Below the pieces are notes generated by a model that ran no database searches, was not told the DNA's origin, and saw only the letters and a program-made list of their open reading frames with translations. Below are positions 49,609 to 59,558 of a DNA stretch of 64,000 bases, piece after piece. The translations under genes and the position numbers were made by a program. Origin of the DNA: Myxococcales bacterium. GTDB taxonomy: Bacteria; Myxococcota_A; Polyangia; Polyangiales; DASUME01. The stretch is from the NCBI GenBank assembly GCA_047601445.1, contig JASGJH010000001.1, forward strand, positions 4,288,001 to 4,352,000. Reading direction: 5' to 3'. Within the stretch, counting starts at the first letter, position 1. Every line of letters begins with the position of its first letter.

Positions 49609-50170
49609 GTGAGCATGTTGGTCCATATTGCGCGCGCCTCGACGGAGGCGAGCATCAAGCGGAGCGGACTCCACGCGACGCGTCTTCGGATGCCGACCCG
49701 CGATGGCGAGCGAGAGGTGCACGGCGTTTTCCTGTTTCCCGTGCTCGACAACTTCGCAGCCACCTACCAGTGGGGTGCGCGAGCTACGGCGCCACCACGA
49801 TGAGCGCGTTCTCGCGGTCCACGTACGCGGGAAGGACGATGACGCGGTGCTCGTGGGGCGTTTCGGCACGCCGCAGCGTGAGACCTCGCTCGGAGACGCC
49901 ATCCGCTGGACTCGGAGCCACCCGTGGGGCGCGCAGATCGTCATGTTGCACGCGGTCCCAGCTGCCCGCGCACTACTCGGCATTGGCGGGCGCAACCGCT
50001 TCCTGCACGCCACGCAGACCATGGCCGAAGGCGCTCTGCTCGAGATTATCGATGACCTTCAGTACGTGGCAGGTGCGCGTGCTCTCTTCGAGCGGCTCCC
50101 GAGCACCACCGATGCGATTCGCAAGCGAGTCACGTCCGCGATCGAGTCGCTAGACCCCGATGCGACCTGA
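49609..50170 (+). pseudogene. Hypothetical protein with ART-like N-terminus, +1 frameshift
   Basis: GGAG RBS; LVHIA..S....IKRSGL...GVFLFPVL; YQW joins VRELRR if one G is removed from the TGGGGT run at about 49771-49774. Confidence 0.6.
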
Positions 50171-50589
50171 GAGGCGTTCTTCATCAAAGCGGAGAGTCGT
50201 AGCGAGAGAGGCCGAGCGTCGAAAGTGCGTAGATGATGCCTGAATCCCCGGTCGCGAGGCCCGAGGGAATGGCGTCGATTTCGGACGCACGTGAAACCGC
50301 TCAGGTCCTGCGGCGTGCGACAGAGTAAGGGTGTGCGGTCTTCGGGTGCACGTCCACCGATCAGGGTGGCGACGTACAGGGCCCCGTGCTCGTCCAACGC
50401 GCTCGCCGCGGGGTAGAGGTCGATATAGTCCTCGCGATTCAGGAGGGCGGCGGACACAGGCGGATCATCGGCCATGTCGTAAACGATCAGATCACCGCTC
50501 TCCGTGCTGCCCACGAGCCTTGGCGTGCCCAAATGCGGGGACGAGCGGCGAGCCCGCGATCGACAGGCCGACGTACGGAGAGAATCCAA

Positions 50590-50822
50590 TGAGCCGCGTC
50601 GCGCTCGCTGGTCGAACGCCCTTCGAACTCGGGCAGGCGCCGATGGATCACCAGGAACACCTCCTGGCAGGCATCTTCGAGCTCGCGCTCGGGTACCTAC
50701 CCCGTAGCGCCGCAGGACGCGCCACACGAAGGCGGCGTGCGCCCGAAAGAGCTCACGAAAGTCCTCAGCAGGTGGAGCATGGGTAGGCAAGCGCGGACGG
50801 TTCCTGGGTCGGGGTCTGCCAT
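50590..50822 (-). pseudogene. ECF sigma factor remnant
   Basis: DFRELFRAHAAFVWRVLRRYGV then, after a 4-bp duplication, PERELEDACQEVFLVIHRRLPEFEGRS; similarity stops there, no region 4. Confidence 0.8.
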
Positions 50823-51109
50823 TCGTGCAGCCAGCTCGCATCTCGCCCAAGAAAATCGTCGGGGTGATGTCGATTTTCTTCGCGCGCTCCAGTGAGCGAG
50901 CGGCGACGGAGTCACCCCGAACAGCGTGTGTATGGTGGATTAGATCACGCCTGGACTCGCGTAGATCGCACCGAGTCAAGCCGCTCCTCGACGCTCAGTC
51001 CCCCCAAACAGCTGAGCTCCACGAGGTTCGACGTGGCTCCTAGTAGCAAGACCTCCGCTGAGGTTCGGTCGCTGTTCAGCCGCACGCGGTGGTCGGAAAG
51101 CGACAAAGC

Positions 51110-52681
51110 ATGAAACGACATCATCTCCCCGCGAAGCCGTTCGATTCTGTAAAGCCCATCTATGCGCGCTCGTCCATCTTCGGCAGTCTGGTGATCGCGA
51201 CGAGCCTCCTCAGTGGTTGCGAGGCGAGCCAACCCACCGACGAGAACATAGGATCGAACGAGCAGTCCATCGTAGGCGGCAAGCCCGCGCGCGGGCGTGA
51301 CTACCCGTGGATGGTGGCGTTGTTCGAGGTTTGGAATGGCCACCAGGAGTTCATGTGCGGTGGCACGTTGATCGATGCGACCCACGTGCTCACCGCCGCG
51401 CACTGCTCGGTGTCCGCAGAACTCGACGACGACCTGCACATGTTCGTGACCTCGCCGACCACCCCTGCCAACGTCGTGGTGGCGCGGCGCCCCGCATCGC
51501 TGTCCGCCCTGGAAAACAAGGACTACCTCGCGGTGCACAACGTCGTCGTGCATCCCCAATACGACGAGGGCTCGTCAGACTACGATGTGGCGGTGTGGGA
51601 ACTGGCGGCGCCGATCCGGCTCGCCGAGTATCCGCAGTTGATGACCAACCCGGTCGTCGTCGATTGGCTGAGTGCGCTGCATCTTCCCGTACGGGTCATC
51701 GGCTACGGCGCCCTGAGCGAAGAGGCCACCGAAGCCTCCGACATTCTCCGGCAGGTCGATGTGCCGCTCGTTTCTCGCGAGCAATGCCGGGACGACTACG
51801 CCCAGGAGTGGCCGGACATTCCACCGGAGGAGATCATCACGGACCGGATGGTCTGCGCTGGCCCACGCCGCGGTGGCAAAGACTCTTGCTACGGCGACAG
51901 CGGCGGTCCCTTGTTCGTGCCCACGCCGGGCAGGCCGCCGCTCCTGGCGGGCGTGGTCAGCTGGGGCGCCGTATGCGCCGCGCCCAAGCTGCCCGGGGTG
52001 TACGCCAACGTCGCGGCGCTCGCGGATTATGTCCAAGATTGTCAGGCTGGGAAGTGTGAGACCCGGGCACCGCAGCGCGAGTGCGACTGGGGCTACCTGG
52101 ACTGCGACGGGGAAGCCGCCAACGGCTGCGAGGCGCTTCCCGCGACCCCGGAGCGTTGCGGTGCGGGCTGCGATGCTGGACCTTGCGGAACGAGCGAGGC
52201 CTGCATCATCGGCGACGAGTTCTACTGCACAACTGCCAAGCCCGTCACGCCAGGCGTCACCTGCGTCTTCAAGGAGCCCGACTCATTCGGCGAGTACACC
52301 GTGTGGTTCAGCCTGCTCAGCGAGAACGAGGGAAGCATCCAGATCCCGCTCTCCGATCAGCACCTCACCAACGGAGCCCAGCCGTTCTTCACAATGGACG
52401 TCATTCCCTCTGGCCTCACCGAGTTCGCCACGCTGGCGATCCTCGAGCGGCCGGACGCCGGAAGCTACACCGTGACCGGTCCCGATGGCCAGGCTCGCAC
52501 GGCGACCGTCACGGCCGACACGCCGGACTGCGAGACGCTCGCCGGGCAATCCGAGGAGGCTCCCACCGATGCAACCTTGGCGCACGGCAAGAGTGCGCGC
52601 GACCTGGGCGGATTGGCGGCACGCCCGAACATGCACCGTACGTGGACACCACGGCGCGCGGGCGCATCGCGAGGGCAGTGA
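51110..52681 (+). CDS. Trypsin-like S1 serine protease lipoprotein with Cys-rich C-terminal region
   Basis: Lipobox LSGC; IVGG, LTAAHC, DVAV, KDSCYGDSGGP; DCDGEAANGCE repeat. Confidence 0.93.
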   Translation: MKRHHLPAKPFDSVKPIYARSSIFGSLVIATSLLSGCEASQPTDENIGSNEQSIVGGKPARGRDYPWMVALFEVWNGHQEFMCGGTLIDATHVLTAAHCSVSAELDDDLHMFVTSPTTPANVVVARRPASLSALENKDYLAVHNVVVHPQYDEGSSDYDVAVWELAAPIRLAEYPQLMTNPVVVDWLSALHLPVRVIGYGALSEEATEASDILRQVDVPLVSREQCRDDYAQEWPDIPPEEIITDRMVCAGPRRGGKDSCYGDSGGPLFVPTPGRPPLLAGVVSWGAVCAAPKLPGVYANVAALADYVQDCQAGKCETRAPQRECDWGYLDCDGEAANGCEALPATPERCGAGCDAGPCGTSEACIIGDEFYCTTAKPVTPGVTCVFKEPDSFGEYTVWFSLLSENEGSIQIPLSDQHLTNGAQPFFTMDVIPSGLTEFATLAILERPDAGSYTVTGPDGQARTATVTADTPDCETLAGQSEEAPTDATLAHGKSARDLGGLAARPNMHRTWTPRRAGASRGQ

Positions 52682-52706
52682 CGCAGGTCGTGAAGGCGCG
52701 CCGCTG

Positions 52707-52748
52707 GGGCGCCGGCCGCTGTGAGGGGAGCCACGGCGGCCGGCGCCC
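52707..52748. terminator. GC-rich hairpin between convergent genes
   Basis: GGGCGCCGGCCGCTGTG-N8-CACGGCGGCCGGCGCCC, 17-bp stem with one G-U pair; no U-tract. Confidence 0.6.
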
Positions 52749-52756
52749 TGTACGCT

Positions 52757-53431
52757 TCAGAAGAAGCCGCTGATGCCTATTTTGGGGCCCATCGCGCCGA
52801 GCTCGGCGCGCATCGCCACATGGTCCGAGAAGTTGTAGAAGAGACCGGCCGCCACGTCCCAGTAGAAGAAGCCGTTGTCGATGCCGTCGTTGACACCGCC
52901 GAAGTCGTCTTCGTTGAGCCAAATACCGATGTCGTAGCCGAGGCCGATCGCACCGTAGGGGCGGAACTTCGGCGTAATGTGGAAGGACCACATGGCATAG
53001 ATGGCCGGCGTGATGTCGAGGTACTTCACGCGGTCGTCCACGAACGCATAGCCGCGGCTGCGGTAGCCGACGGAGATGCTCGGCTCGAGCGAGATCTGGT
53101 CGTTGATCGACGGGATGAAGCCGTCCTTCACGATGGGGATCTCGACGCGCGCGTTCACTCCGATACCGACACCCATGTACCAGGGGATGTAGGCCATGGC
53201 GCTGATGCCGATTGGCCGCGATTCGTGGATGCTGCGATCCTTGATCGTGCCTTCCTTGCCGGGTTCGACTGCCGCTGTGGTCGCGGTCGTGGTCGACGCC
53301 TCGGGGGCCGCGCTGGCTTCGATGGTCTCACTATTCTCGGCCTGTCCTGCCTCACCGGCCGCGGGCGTCTCCTGGGCCAATGCAGAGCCCGACAGCAACG
53401 ACAGAGCGATCAAAACTCCCACGCGACTCAT
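52757..53431 (-). CDS. Small outer-membrane beta-barrel protein
   Basis: Signal peptide (ALA-Q); PYGAIGLGY, AAGLFYNF, MRAELG; ends FF; GGAGG RBS. Confidence 0.8.
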   Translation of the reverse strand: MSRVGVLIALSLLSGSALAQETPAAGEAGQAENSETIEASAAPEASTTTATTAAVEPGKEGTIKDRSIHESRPIGISAMAYIPWYMGVGIGVNARVEIPIVKDGFIPSINDQISLEPSISVGYRSRGYAFVDDRVKYLDITPAIYAMWSFHITPKFRPYGAIGLGYDIGIWLNEDDFGGVNDGIDNGFFYWDVAAGLFYNFSDHVAMRAELGAMGPKIGISGFF

Positions 53432-53543
53432 CTTCAGAAGCCTCCTCCTGCACTGCTCGCCGAGCTGGCGAACGTTCAGCGCATGCGAAACCGACGCGTG
53501 TGGAGGGCGACCATTCTGTGCGTTTAGGGTGACGCAGTGCCCT

Positions 53544-54092
53544 TTAGAAGCTGCCCGTGAAGGCCAGGCTCAACGGCATGCTCGCACCTGCGCCATTCGG
53601 CCCCGAACCGTCCTCTGCGCGTCGGGCCGACAGGTTGTGAAAGCCGACGCTCGCGCCGACCATCGATCCGGCGATGGCGATCACCGCAAGATAGGGGGCC
53701 ATGCCCTCCAGCCGCTTTCGCTGTTTTTCGGGGCGATGGTAGAGCTTAAGCGCGCCTGCCACGAGGGCGCTACCAACGAAGCCACCGAGCGCGGCGCCTC
53801 CCAGAGCAGCTCCGAAGGCCCCTTTGTCGTCGTAGCCTCGCCCGACGCCGTCGACGATGCCCGCCGTCACCAGCGTGCCTGCTCCCAGCACGATCGCCCC
53901 CATCGACCAGAAGAGCCCGTTGTGGTCGTCGATTGCGACGGCGGAGAACGCAGTCACCCCAAAGGCAGTCACGGCTGCCAGGGGCAGTGCAGCTACCGTC
54001 TTGACCGCAGTGCTCGTGGCGTCAGGAGCTTCGGCGCGCGCAGGCATGCTCAGGGCGAGGGCCAGCGCGAAGGCGAGGGAGAATCGACGCAT
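53544..54092 (-). CDS. Gly/Ala-rich exported or membrane protein
   Basis: Signal peptide (ARA-E), GxxxG helices, C-terminal LAFTGSF typical of myxobacterial OM-targeted proteins. Confidence 0.65.
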   Translation of the reverse strand: MRRFSLAFALALALSMPARAEAPDATSTAVKTVAALPLAAVTAFGVTAFSAVAIDDHNGLFWSMGAIVLGAGTLVTAGIVDGVGRGYDDKGAFGAALGGAALGGFVGSALVAGALKLYHRPEKQRKRLEGMAPYLAVIAIAGSMVGASVGFHNLSARRAEDGSGPNGAGASMPLSLAFTGSF

Positions 54093-54248
54093 GCGGCTTG
54101 GCGAGAGCATGGGTACTGCGAGCATGCAGCGGGCTTTAGCACTCGCTTCGTCGACGACGAAGCACGCGTCACCCCGAACAAGGGACCACGAATCTGTGGC
54201 TCACCAAGCTCTCCGCAACTGCAGCGCTTCCCTGACGGTCCAGGGTCC

Positions 54249-55088
54249 CTAGCGAAGAGGCGAGCGCGTGACTGGCGCCAAGCGGTCGAGCAGCGCAAGA
54301 CACCGCGGTCCGAGCTCCCCCGTGCTGTTGTCGACGGTCTTGATCGAACCCTCCGCGTCGTTCATCACGCAGCGCGGCTCTGCGCAGTGGTTGAGTCCTA
54401 GCATGTGCCCCACCTCGTGCACCGCGGTGGACACGACACGAAAGCGATAGAGCTCGGCGCGCGGGTTGCCTCGCCGCAACCGGAACGTCGAGATCACCGA
54501 GCTCGTGCCTCCGATCATGCCCAGGCCGAACACGCCCCAATCCTGATGCCGCCCCTTGGTTGTGCTGATATCCACCTCGGTCATCCCGAGCACACTCGTT
54601 TGCGCCGGCTGCTCGCGCTCGATCACGTGCAGCAGCTTTTCGGCTCGGTACCGCCTGCGAGGCGGATAGTACGCCTCCGCGGGCAGCGCGCGCCGCACCG
54701 TGGGCAGAACCTGCACCCGCAGCTCCCTCCGGAGCCCGGCTTCGATCTGGGGAATGACCTCTTCGGGGAAGTCGCCGAGGATCTCGAGTAGGACGTTCCG
54801 GCGCACCAGGTCGCCGCGGGCTGAGTCGTGAGCATCGTCTGGGTGTTCACGGGCGCGGTCCCCGAGTGCAGGGGGCATGATCTGCATCCCGGAGCGCCCT
54901 GGCTCGCTCGACTCGCCACTCGCTGGGCCCGGAGGCTCGGCGCGGGAACGAGCGCAGGCCCCCAACCCGAGGAGCCACAGGGCGAGCAGCGCGTGCAGAG
55001 GAGCCGAAGGAGGTCGAGGTGCCAAACGATGATGAGACACCGAGGCAGGCAAGAAGGTTCCCGGAAGCATGCCGTCTCGGCCGATCAC
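54249..55088 (-). CDS. Archaemetzincin (peptidase M54)-like lipoprotein
   Basis: YYPPRRRYRAEKLL, T.VDI, GVFGLG, HEVGHMLGLNHC....CVM; lipobox LGAC; start uncertain. Confidence 0.85.
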   Translation of the reverse strand: MIGRDGMLPGTFLPASVSHHRLAPRPPSAPLHALLALWLLGLGACARSRAEPPGPASGESSEPGRSGMQIMPPALGDRAREHPDDAHDSARGDLVRRNVLLEILGDFPEEVIPQIEAGLRRELRVQVLPTVRRALPAEAYYPPRRRYRAEKLLHVIEREQPAQTSVLGMTEVDISTTKGRHQDWGVFGLGMIGGTSSVISTFRLRRGNPRAELYRFRVVSTAVHEVGHMLGLNHCAEPRCVMNDAEGSIKTVDNSTGELGPRCLALLDRLAPVTRSPLR

Positions 55089-55658
55089 CTAGCCGAATAG
55101 CGACGCGGCGCGGATCCTCTCCCACTCACCGCGGACCATGAACTTGCCCGGAATCAGGGCGAAGCCACCTCGCCGGACACCGCGCGCAAGGACGCGCTGC
55201 TCGACCCAGCGCTCGTCGAAGCCCGCCCATTCGCCCAAGCCGCTGAGCAAGTTCCCGATCAACACGGGGTGCAGCTCGCGATAGAGGATCTCTTCGGCCT
55301 GATCCAAGCTGTAGCCACTCCGCTGCAAGACCAGGGCAATGCGAGCGTGGTCAGCGCCATCGAGCTCCGTGTCCAGGTAGAGCTCCGACAGGGCGCTCCA
55401 AACGGGACGTCTGCGGTCGAGATCGCTGGCTGCATCGGGCAGACACTCGCTGCGACGCCGCCAGATTCCGGGGAACAGACCGATCGCCACCATCGGCGTC
55501 ATCACGAGTGCCATGCCGATCACGCCGAGCGCTTCCCAGGGGCGCAACCACAACCAGGCACACAGGCCGGCTCCGAGGGCCACCAACAGCATCCACGCCA
55601 ACACGCGGCGAGGGAGCGAAACGGGCTTGGTAGCTGCGGACGACGAGCTCGATTGCAT
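55089..55658 (-). CDS. 2-TM protein with DUF7079-like domain
   Basis: W.ALSELYLDTEL, IL..E.HPVL..NL...GEWAGFD..W. Confidence 0.65.
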   Translation of the reverse strand: MQSSSSSAATKPVSLPRRVLAWMLLVALGAGLCAWLWLRPWEALGVIGMALVMTPMVAIGLFPGIWRRRSECLPDAASDLDRRRPVWSALSELYLDTELDGADHARIALVLQRSGYSLDQAEEILYRELHPVLIGNLLSGLGEWAGFDERWVEQRVLARGVRRGGFALIPGKFMVRGEWERIRAASLFG

Positions 55659-56147
55659 GGGTCCAATGTGGAGGACGTAAACTGGTTACACAACCAATCT
55701 ATCTGCTCATCAGCTTCCCGATCTTTCCGGCCCCGATTCGGCGCCCTTCGCAGAGCGCAAAAATGCCCTCCAAGCTCTGAGGCGCACGCTGAAGCGTTGG
55801 CCGCCTACTTCCAGGTGGCAGGCGAACTTGTCGCCCTGAATCGATCGCGTCTTGCCCCTCTCGGCGGTCGAAAGTAGCCGGACAAATGCCATCGCGTGGG
55901 CCTTCATGAACATGGCGACGGACGTACCCGCCCTGATTCCGCGTCGACCTTTGGTGGTTAGACCACTCTCGTCCGCGCACGCAGTGCGTACGGTTTTTTG
56001 AAGTGCACCTGCTACGCGCTGGCACGAATGTCATTTCGGAGGTCGCGCCGGCAAATTGTGTCAGAACGGAGGGCTGAGAGCTCCACCCTAGTATCCACAC
56101 GCTTCGCGCTCGGAGGGGCTGCGCGACGCGGGGGAGGGGGAGCAGTC

Positions 56148-57197
56148 GTGTCGAACGTCGAGGCGGTCGAGCATCACTTATCCTTGGCCTTCGCCCGCGG
56201 CTTGATCGAAGCCGTCGAAGCTCTCGGGATCTCGCAGGAAGAGCTGCTGCGCGACACGCCGCTCACGGAAGCTGGGCTGGCCGTGAAGGGCGCCACCCAA
56301 CCTCTGCATGAGCTCGACAAACTGGTGGAGCGTGCGCTGGTGCTCACGGGCGATCCTGCGCTCGGCCTTCGCTGGTGGGATCGTGCAACTTTCAGCGCAT
56401 TCGGCGCCGTCGGGTCTGCACTCGCGGTGGCCGAAAACTACCGCGCCGCGCTGGAGCTGGTGGCTCGCTACTGGCCTCTCTATTCGAACGTCGAGCTCTT
56501 CTCGCTCTGTGACGAGTCTGATGTGTGCCGGCTCACCATGATCCACCACTCGGGGTCTGCGTTGGCGCATCGCGTGTACATGGAGTCGGTGGCTTTCGTC
56601 CTGAGGCGCTTGCTCCGCCAACACGCTGGTCTCTCGTCCGTTCCTCGCTGCATCAGCTTCGACTTTCCCGCGCCGCCACACGCACACCTGTACGAGCGGG
56701 TGCTCGATTGTCAGGTGATTTTCGACGCGCCAGCCACCGAGATCGTCGTCGAACAGGCGCATGCACTGCGGCCGCAGCCGAACTACGTGCCCGAGCTCGA
56801 AGCGCATTTGACTGCGTTCGCCGACGAACTGATGCAGCAACGCGGAATCGACGCGCTCGCCAGTAAGGTGCTCAAGCTGCTCCGTGCGACAGCGGATGCC
56901 CATCGCACCACGATGGAGGACGCCGCCGAGCAGCTTGGAATGAGCGAACGCACACTTCGCCGTCGTCTGCAGCTCGAAGGGACGTCCTATCCCGTGCTCG
57001 TGCAGCGCGTGCAGCGTGAGGTGGCAGAGGCCTTGCTGCTCGATCGGACTCGCTCGGTAAAGGAGATTGCGAACGTCCTGGGCTTCGCGAATTCCCGCGG
57101 ATTTCACCGTGCAGTTCAGCGCTGGACTGGCCGATCCCCGACGGCGCTGCGCGGAACCCACAGCTCGCATCCTTCATCGGCCAAAGCCGCCCGCTAG
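56148..57197 (+). CDS. AraC-family transcriptional regulator
   Basis: TGDPALGL, FDFPAP, MSERTLRRRL, LGFAN..GFHRA..RWTG; GGAG RBS before GTG. Confidence 0.92.
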   Translation: MSNVEAVEHHLSLAFARGLIEAVEALGISQEELLRDTPLTEAGLAVKGATQPLHELDKLVERALVLTGDPALGLRWWDRATFSAFGAVGSALAVAENYRAALELVARYWPLYSNVELFSLCDESDVCRLTMIHHSGSALAHRVYMESVAFVLRRLLRQHAGLSSVPRCISFDFPAPPHAHLYERVLDCQVIFDAPATEIVVEQAHALRPQPNYVPELEAHLTAFADELMQQRGIDALASKVLKLLRATADAHRTTMEDAAEQLGMSERTLRRRLQLEGTSYPVLVQRVQREVAEALLLDRTRSVKEIANVLGFANSRGFHRAVQRWTGRSPTALRGTHSSHPSSAKAAR

Positions 57198-57204
57198 CAG
57201 CACA

Positions 57205-57220
57205 TGTCCGTCGACGGACA
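57205..57220. promoter_or_regulatory. Perfect 16-bp palindrome between AraC gene and esterase
   Basis: TGTCCGTCGACGGACA. Confidence 0.4.
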
Positions 57221-57346
57221 AAGCAGGTCCTGCCACGGAACGTCATTGAGCTGGCGCAAAGCGTAAGGCTAAGTGGGACCGGGCGGCTTCAACGCACGGC
57301 TCTGGCGTTCCTTGCGAGCTCGAGCGTGGCCGCAACAGGGAAAGCG

Positions 57347-58804
57347 ATGTCGATGCGTAGCTCCTCCTTCTTGGCTTCAGTGTGTCTGGCCGCGACCCTC
57401 CAAGGATGCGCTGAGCCCGCGACCGGCTATCGGCCTGGTTTCAGCGGCGATGGCGACGCCGTTACCCATGGTGATGGGGACGCATCGGCGGCGGATCCAG
57501 AGGAAGGCGACGGCGACGGCGATGGCGACCGCGTTAGCCCCAAGCCGGCCAAGGGTGACGGCGACGGCGATGGCGACGCGACCGGAGATGGGGACGGGGA
57601 CGGAGACGGGGACGGCGATAGCGGCACACCGGGCGACGGCGATGCGGGCGAAGACTTGCCGACCGACGGCTCCTTGCCCAAGGGCGTGCCCGCTGACAAC
57701 GGCTGGACCTGGGTGGAGATGAAAGCCTCCAAGTGTCGCAACGGATCGCCTGCCGGATACTTCTACCGCAAAGGCACCGAGAACTCGCTGATGATCTTCC
57801 TCAATGGAGGCGGCGCGTGCGCGGACAAGTTCTTCTGCAGTCTGAACCCCGTCGACGTGAACCACGACTTGCCGATCGAGTATCTCTCGCATGGCGCCCC
57901 GGATCTTCTCTTCGGCGTGCGCGAGCAGCGTCAGCAGGCCCCAGAATCCGGCATCTTCAAGCGCAGTGATGCTACGAACCCCGTGGCCAAGTGGAACATG
58001 GTCTTCGTCCCGTATTGCACGGGAGACATCCACTCGGGCAGTCGCAAGGACGTGACGGTCAAGGACGTGCCCGGCACCCAGCAGTTCGTCGGCTACCTCA
58101 ACTACGGGCTCTTCCTGAACAGCTTCGGGCCAACCTTCAAGGACTCGGACAAGGTGCTCTTGACGGGTTCCAGCGCGGGCGGCTTCGGTGCGCTCTTCAA
58201 TGGCGACCGCACCATCGAGTACTTCGAGAAGGACAGCGGCCAAAAGAAGGTCTTCATCATCAGCGATTCGGGCGTGCCATTTCAAGACACGTACATGGCG
58301 GCGTGCTTGCAAAAGCGCTGGCGTGATTACTGGGGATTGAACGACGCCCTGCCCAAGGATTGCGCAGCTTGCTTCAACGCGGATGGCGGCGGCATCGTGA
58401 AGGGCTACGGAACCTACCTCTTCAACGAAAAGTACGCGGGTCGCATGCTCGGAGGATTCGTCTCGTCACAGAAGGACGAGATCATCCGCGGCTTCTACTC
58501 GCCGGGCCTCAGCGCCAAGGCCGGACAGCCCGACGACTGCACCCTGGATCCCACCTGGGAGACCATCCAGGTGGCGGTCATCGGCGGCGCCCGCTACGAC
58601 GGCGACAAGTTCAAGGCAGGCCTCAAAGACGTGATCGACAACGTGGTTGGCCAAGGCAAGGTGGCGACGTACACGATTCCCGAGACGCCCCATATGCACC
58701 TCTGGCGCGACCGCTACTATCAAGAGAACGGCAACGGCCAGACCATCGCGGCGTGGGTCAAAGACGTGCTCGACGGGAAGGCCACCAAGAGCGGCGAGCT
58801 CTGA
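57347..58804 (+). CDS. Pectin acetylesterase/Notum-family lipoprotein
   Basis: Lipobox LQGC; CRNGSP, GGGAC, VPYCTGD.H, GSSAGG, SDSG. Confidence 0.9.
   Translation: MSMRSSSFLASVCLAATLQGCAEPATGYRPGFSGDGDAVTHGDGDASAADPEEGDGDGDGDRVSPKPAKGDGDGDGDATGDGDGDGDGDGDSGTPGDGDAGEDLPTDGSLPKGVPADNGWTWVEMKASKCRNGSPAGYFYRKGTENSLMIFLNGGGACADKFFCSLNPVDVNHDLPIEYLSHGAPDLLFGVREQRQQAPESGIFKRSDATNPVAKWNMVFVPYCTGDIHSGSRKDVTVKDVPGTQQFVGYLNYGLFLNSFGPTFKDSDKVLLTGSSAGGFGALFNGDRTIEYFEKDSGQKKVFIISDSGVPFQDTYMAACLQKRWRDYWGLNDALPKDCAACFNADGGGIVKGYGTYLFNEKYAGRMLGGFVSSQKDEIIRGFYSPGLSAKAGQPDDCTLDPTWETIQVAVIGGARYDGDKFKAGLKDVIDNVVGQGKVATYTIPETPHMHLWRDRYYQENGNGQTIAAWVKDVLDGKATKSGEL
57446..57645 (+). repeat. Gly-Asp (GGCGAC/GGGGAC) low-complexity coding repeats
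   Basis: GDGDGDG tracts in the lipoprotein tether; similar tracts near 165-215 and 13318-13337. Confidence 0.85.
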
Positions 58805-58823
58805 CACTGCCGGCGTGCGAAGG

Positions 58824-59495
58824 TTAGCGCGTCACCTCGAGCGCTCCCAGAGCTTCCCCAAACTGCGCCCGCAGACTCGCACCGGGGGCGAGGGGCAGCG
58901 GTTCCACGAACGAGCCGCACAGGATGACTTGCCCACGCGCCAGCTGTCCTCCCGCGGCGACCACCTGGCGAACCACCAAACTTACGGCCTCGAGGGGATC
59001 CTGGGGAACCGTGTCGTCGCGTTTCGCGCTCCTCGCTCCATCCGAACTCACCAAGCTCGGGCACTCGCGCGGCAATCCACGGAACTCGTCGGCCGGGTGC
59101 ACCTGCCCCATGACGAAGCCCACATGGAAGAAAGAATGCTGCAGCATGCCCGCGAGGTCTCCGCGCGGCAGCGCGTAGTCCACCACTTCCAGGCAGGCTG
59201 CGTATCCCGCCACATAGCCTCGGAGCTCGCTGGCCGAGAGCTCCGCTCCAACATCCTTTCCGAGCAGCACCGCTAGCTCCGCCTCGACGTGGGGCCGACG
59301 GTCCGCAGCGAACTGGAGCGCTTCACTCGACCCCTGCATCGCAGCACGCGTCAGAGGCGCGACCAACGAGTGCTTCAACCCCAGCTTGCGCTGCACCTCG
59401 GGGAAGTTGATCGCCACCTTCCACCCGACGATGATCTCGCCGCGATTTTCTAGATCTGCGATGAGTTTCGCGAGCGCTACGCGGTACTCGGTCAT
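58824..59495 (-). CDS. 2-keto-4-pentenoate hydratase / FAH-superfamily protein
   Basis: VGWKVA, VQRKLG, VEAELA, LEVVD, GQVILCGS. Confidence 0.85.
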   Translation of the reverse strand: MTEYRVALAKLIADLENRGEIIVGWKVAINFPEVQRKLGLKHSLVAPLTRAAMQGSSEALQFAADRRPHVEAELAVLLGKDVGAELSASELRGYVAGYAACLEVVDYALPRGDLAGMLQHSFFHVGFVMGQVHPADEFRGLPRECPSLVSSDGARSAKRDDTVPQDPLEAVSLVVRQVVAAGGQLARGQVILCGSFVEPLPLAPGASLRAQFGEALGALEVTR

Positions 59496-59558
59496 GGGCG
59501 CCTCTGCGTTGGTTGGGAACTATCCACGGCGCCGCAGCGCCGACCGTTGCTCGAACCC

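Noticed and set aside
26072..49800. Programmed frameshifting or phase variation explaining the split genes
   Set aside because: Indels are single-base, in short runs, with no slippery heptamer or stimulatory structure seen; assembly error is simpler
55699..56100. Small minus-strand ORFs upstream of the third AraC gene
   Set aside because: No motif or RBS support; likely regulatory DNA
57446..57645. Tandem GGCGAC-type repeats as possible CRISPR or VNTR
   Set aside because: They encode Gly-Asp linkers; no repeat-spacer structure and no cas genes
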